DNA of 64,000 bases, taken from NCBI GenBank assembly GCA_964016885.1, contig OZ024741.1:236158001-236222000 (forward strand), written 5' to 3'. This stretch comes from Eledone cirrhosa. Its lineage: Eukaryota. The first letter of the stretch is position 1; the number at the start of each line of letters is the position of its first letter. The position numbers were made by a program, and so were the translations under genes. Positions 61,769-64,000 of this stretch are shown here, piece after piece. A model generated the notes under the pieces. That model did not search any database. It saw only the letters and a list, made by a program, of their open reading frames with translations, and was not told the origin of the DNA.

Positions 61769-64000
61769 TTAACCTCAGTATTTGATTGGTACTTAATTAT
61801 CTTCATACTTTAGTCCTGTAACTCCTGAGGGAGTCGTAAGGGTGCCATATTGACATTTTAAAACCTGCTGGCACCCATCTCCTTTTCAGGTCTGAATACA
61901 GCAGATTTCTTCCAGAAACGGTTAGAGAGTGAGAGAAAGATTATACAGGAAGAATTGACCCCAGGACTAGACTGGTATTTTTTTTATTGACCTTGAATGG
62001 ATGAAAGGTAAAGTTGATTTTGGTGGAATTTAAACTCAGAGAGCAGAGAACTGAAACAAATACTGCAAAGCATTCTACCTGATGTTCTAACAACTCTGCT
62101 AATTCGCTGTCATGGTGCTTTATTATATCAACCTCCAAAGAATAAAAGACAAAGTTGTCTTTGATGAGATTTGAACCCAGAATGCAAGAAGCCTGAACAA
62201 ATTTTGTCCAATACTCTAATGATGTTACCAATTCACTACCAAAACATGATGATAATAATAACAATTTCTTTATTATTTTTTTAGGTACAAGACGAACAAT
62301 TTGTGGGGAGGGAAAATCAATTATATCAATCCCAATATTGGTATTTTATTATTTTATCAACCTTTGAAGGATGAAAGGGAAAGTTAATTCAGAGTGCAGA
62401 CAGCAAGAACAAATACTGTAAGGCATTCTACCAATCCATGATCCTTATAATAATTTCTAATTAGCAATTTTGGTGGGAAGGAAAAGCCAATTATATCAAC
62501 CCCAGCTCTTGACTGATATTTTATTTTATTTATCCAGGAAGGATGAAACGCAAAGTTGACCATAGCAGGATTTGAACTTAGGACAAAGAGATTTAAATGA
62601 ATATATATAATGAAATGCATTTTGAAGTTTTTTAAATGGCTTAGAAGAGGAGGAAGCTGGAAGCTGCATCCTTGAGACAGGTGGAAGTCCCTAGACTAGA
62701 GATATGGTCTAAATACTTGCAACAAGACAGGTTTTCACACATTTTTCATCTACTAAATTTCAGACAGGGCTTTGGCTGATCTGCAGTTAAGGTAGATAAC
62801 ACTTGCTGAACATTGTTATACAGGGATGGGATTGAACAGAAACCAATATAATTGTGAAGCAACATCTTTAGCTAAGCAGCCATTTGTTTGGCACTCTACT
62901 CCTATAATAATGACAATAACAACATCACTAACAGAGACATAAAGTTAGTTGACATGCTTTGTAATATATCAACCCTAGTAGTTAACTGGTACCATCATTA
63001 TCATTTTACATCTGCTTTTCACATGCTAGCAGCATGAGTTGGGCAGGTTATTATGGTCCAAGGTAGTTTTTATTGAGGTGGGGGGTGGGGGACCACACCA
63101 CACTTATACATTCTATTTTTGACATCATTACTACGGCTGGATGCCCTTCCTAATACCAACACTTCCACAGAGTGTACTGGGTGCATTTTATTGTAGCATC
63201 ATTATAGAGTGGTTGTTTTGTTCCTAGATGGCAAAAAGAATCCTCTCCACACCAGTTAACTGGTATTGTATTATATTATAAATCCCCCTGGTATTGCATT
63301 ATAAACTAGTGTGACAACTACTGATTTGTGGATCCCATGGTTTGCTGGTAACATAGACCCCAGTAATATACTGGTACTGTATTATATCAACCTCAATAGT
63401 TAACTGGTACTACATTGTAGACCCCACAGTAGCTAAATAGTCCTGTATTATATTGAATATGGAAAGATGAAGTCAACTTAGGCTGAATTTGAACTCAGAA
63501 TATAAAGGGGCATAACTCAGCACAGTGTCTGCTGCTGTTCTACTGATTCTGCACCCACCCCCACCCATGCACCAATAATAATTGTTTCTACGTTTGGCAC
63601 AAGGCCAGCAATTATCCCAGTGTATTACTAATAAAGTACCAGTAATACACTGGAATAATAGAAACAATTGTTATTGGTGCACGGTGGGGGGTGGGTGGGT
63701 GCAGAATAATAATAATAATAGTCATTTGTAACACAGGCAGCACAAGAACACAGAATTTTTGTGAAGTGGAATGTAGTTAATGTAATAGACCACTGTGTTG
63801 GCTTGGGCCCTCAACATCTGATGGAGAGACAGGCACACTATGATCACAGTCTCTCAGATATCACCATGATCTCAGACAACTTGGCAGAGCCCAACCTTCT
63901 CTGGGCCTGACCACAGCCAGCTTTTTTCCACAGAGTGAGAAAGGAGGGAGTAGAGATTGAATACCAATACTTATGTATACTTTATTTTATCACCCAATAA

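Overview
AT-rich, microsatellite-dense eukaryotic DNA. The repeat content (tRNA-derived SINEs, RTE LINEs with (GAT)n tails, Penelope fragments) and the clustered C2H2 genes point to a coleoid cephalopod, probably Octopus; this is inference and was not database-checked. The window holds three C2H2 zinc-finger genes, each with an uninterrupted CDS: 2916-4865 (+), 17211-19259 (-) and 54154-56493 (-). Candidate non-coding leader exons lie upstream of them. A train of retroelements separated by (TA)n (RTE, Tx1/L1-like, RTE, near-complete RTE, Penelope) spans about 27.9-35.6 kb and is followed by a Tc1/mariner chimera. There is a 3.2-kb satellite with a 37/74-bp unit and a 52-bp minisatellite. The most notable observations are: (1) nine consecutive fingers in ZNF-1 share the helix HQTNL despite diverged codons; (2) a perfect 104-bp inverted copy of an RTE's own 3' end sits inside its ORF; (3) several hammerhead-ribozyme-like motifs and fold-back palindromes occur; (4) a long imperfect hairpin lies downstream of ZNF-1; (5) orphan minus-strand exons lie between the two minus-strand ZNF genes. 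All calls were made by eye and repeat boundaries are approximate.
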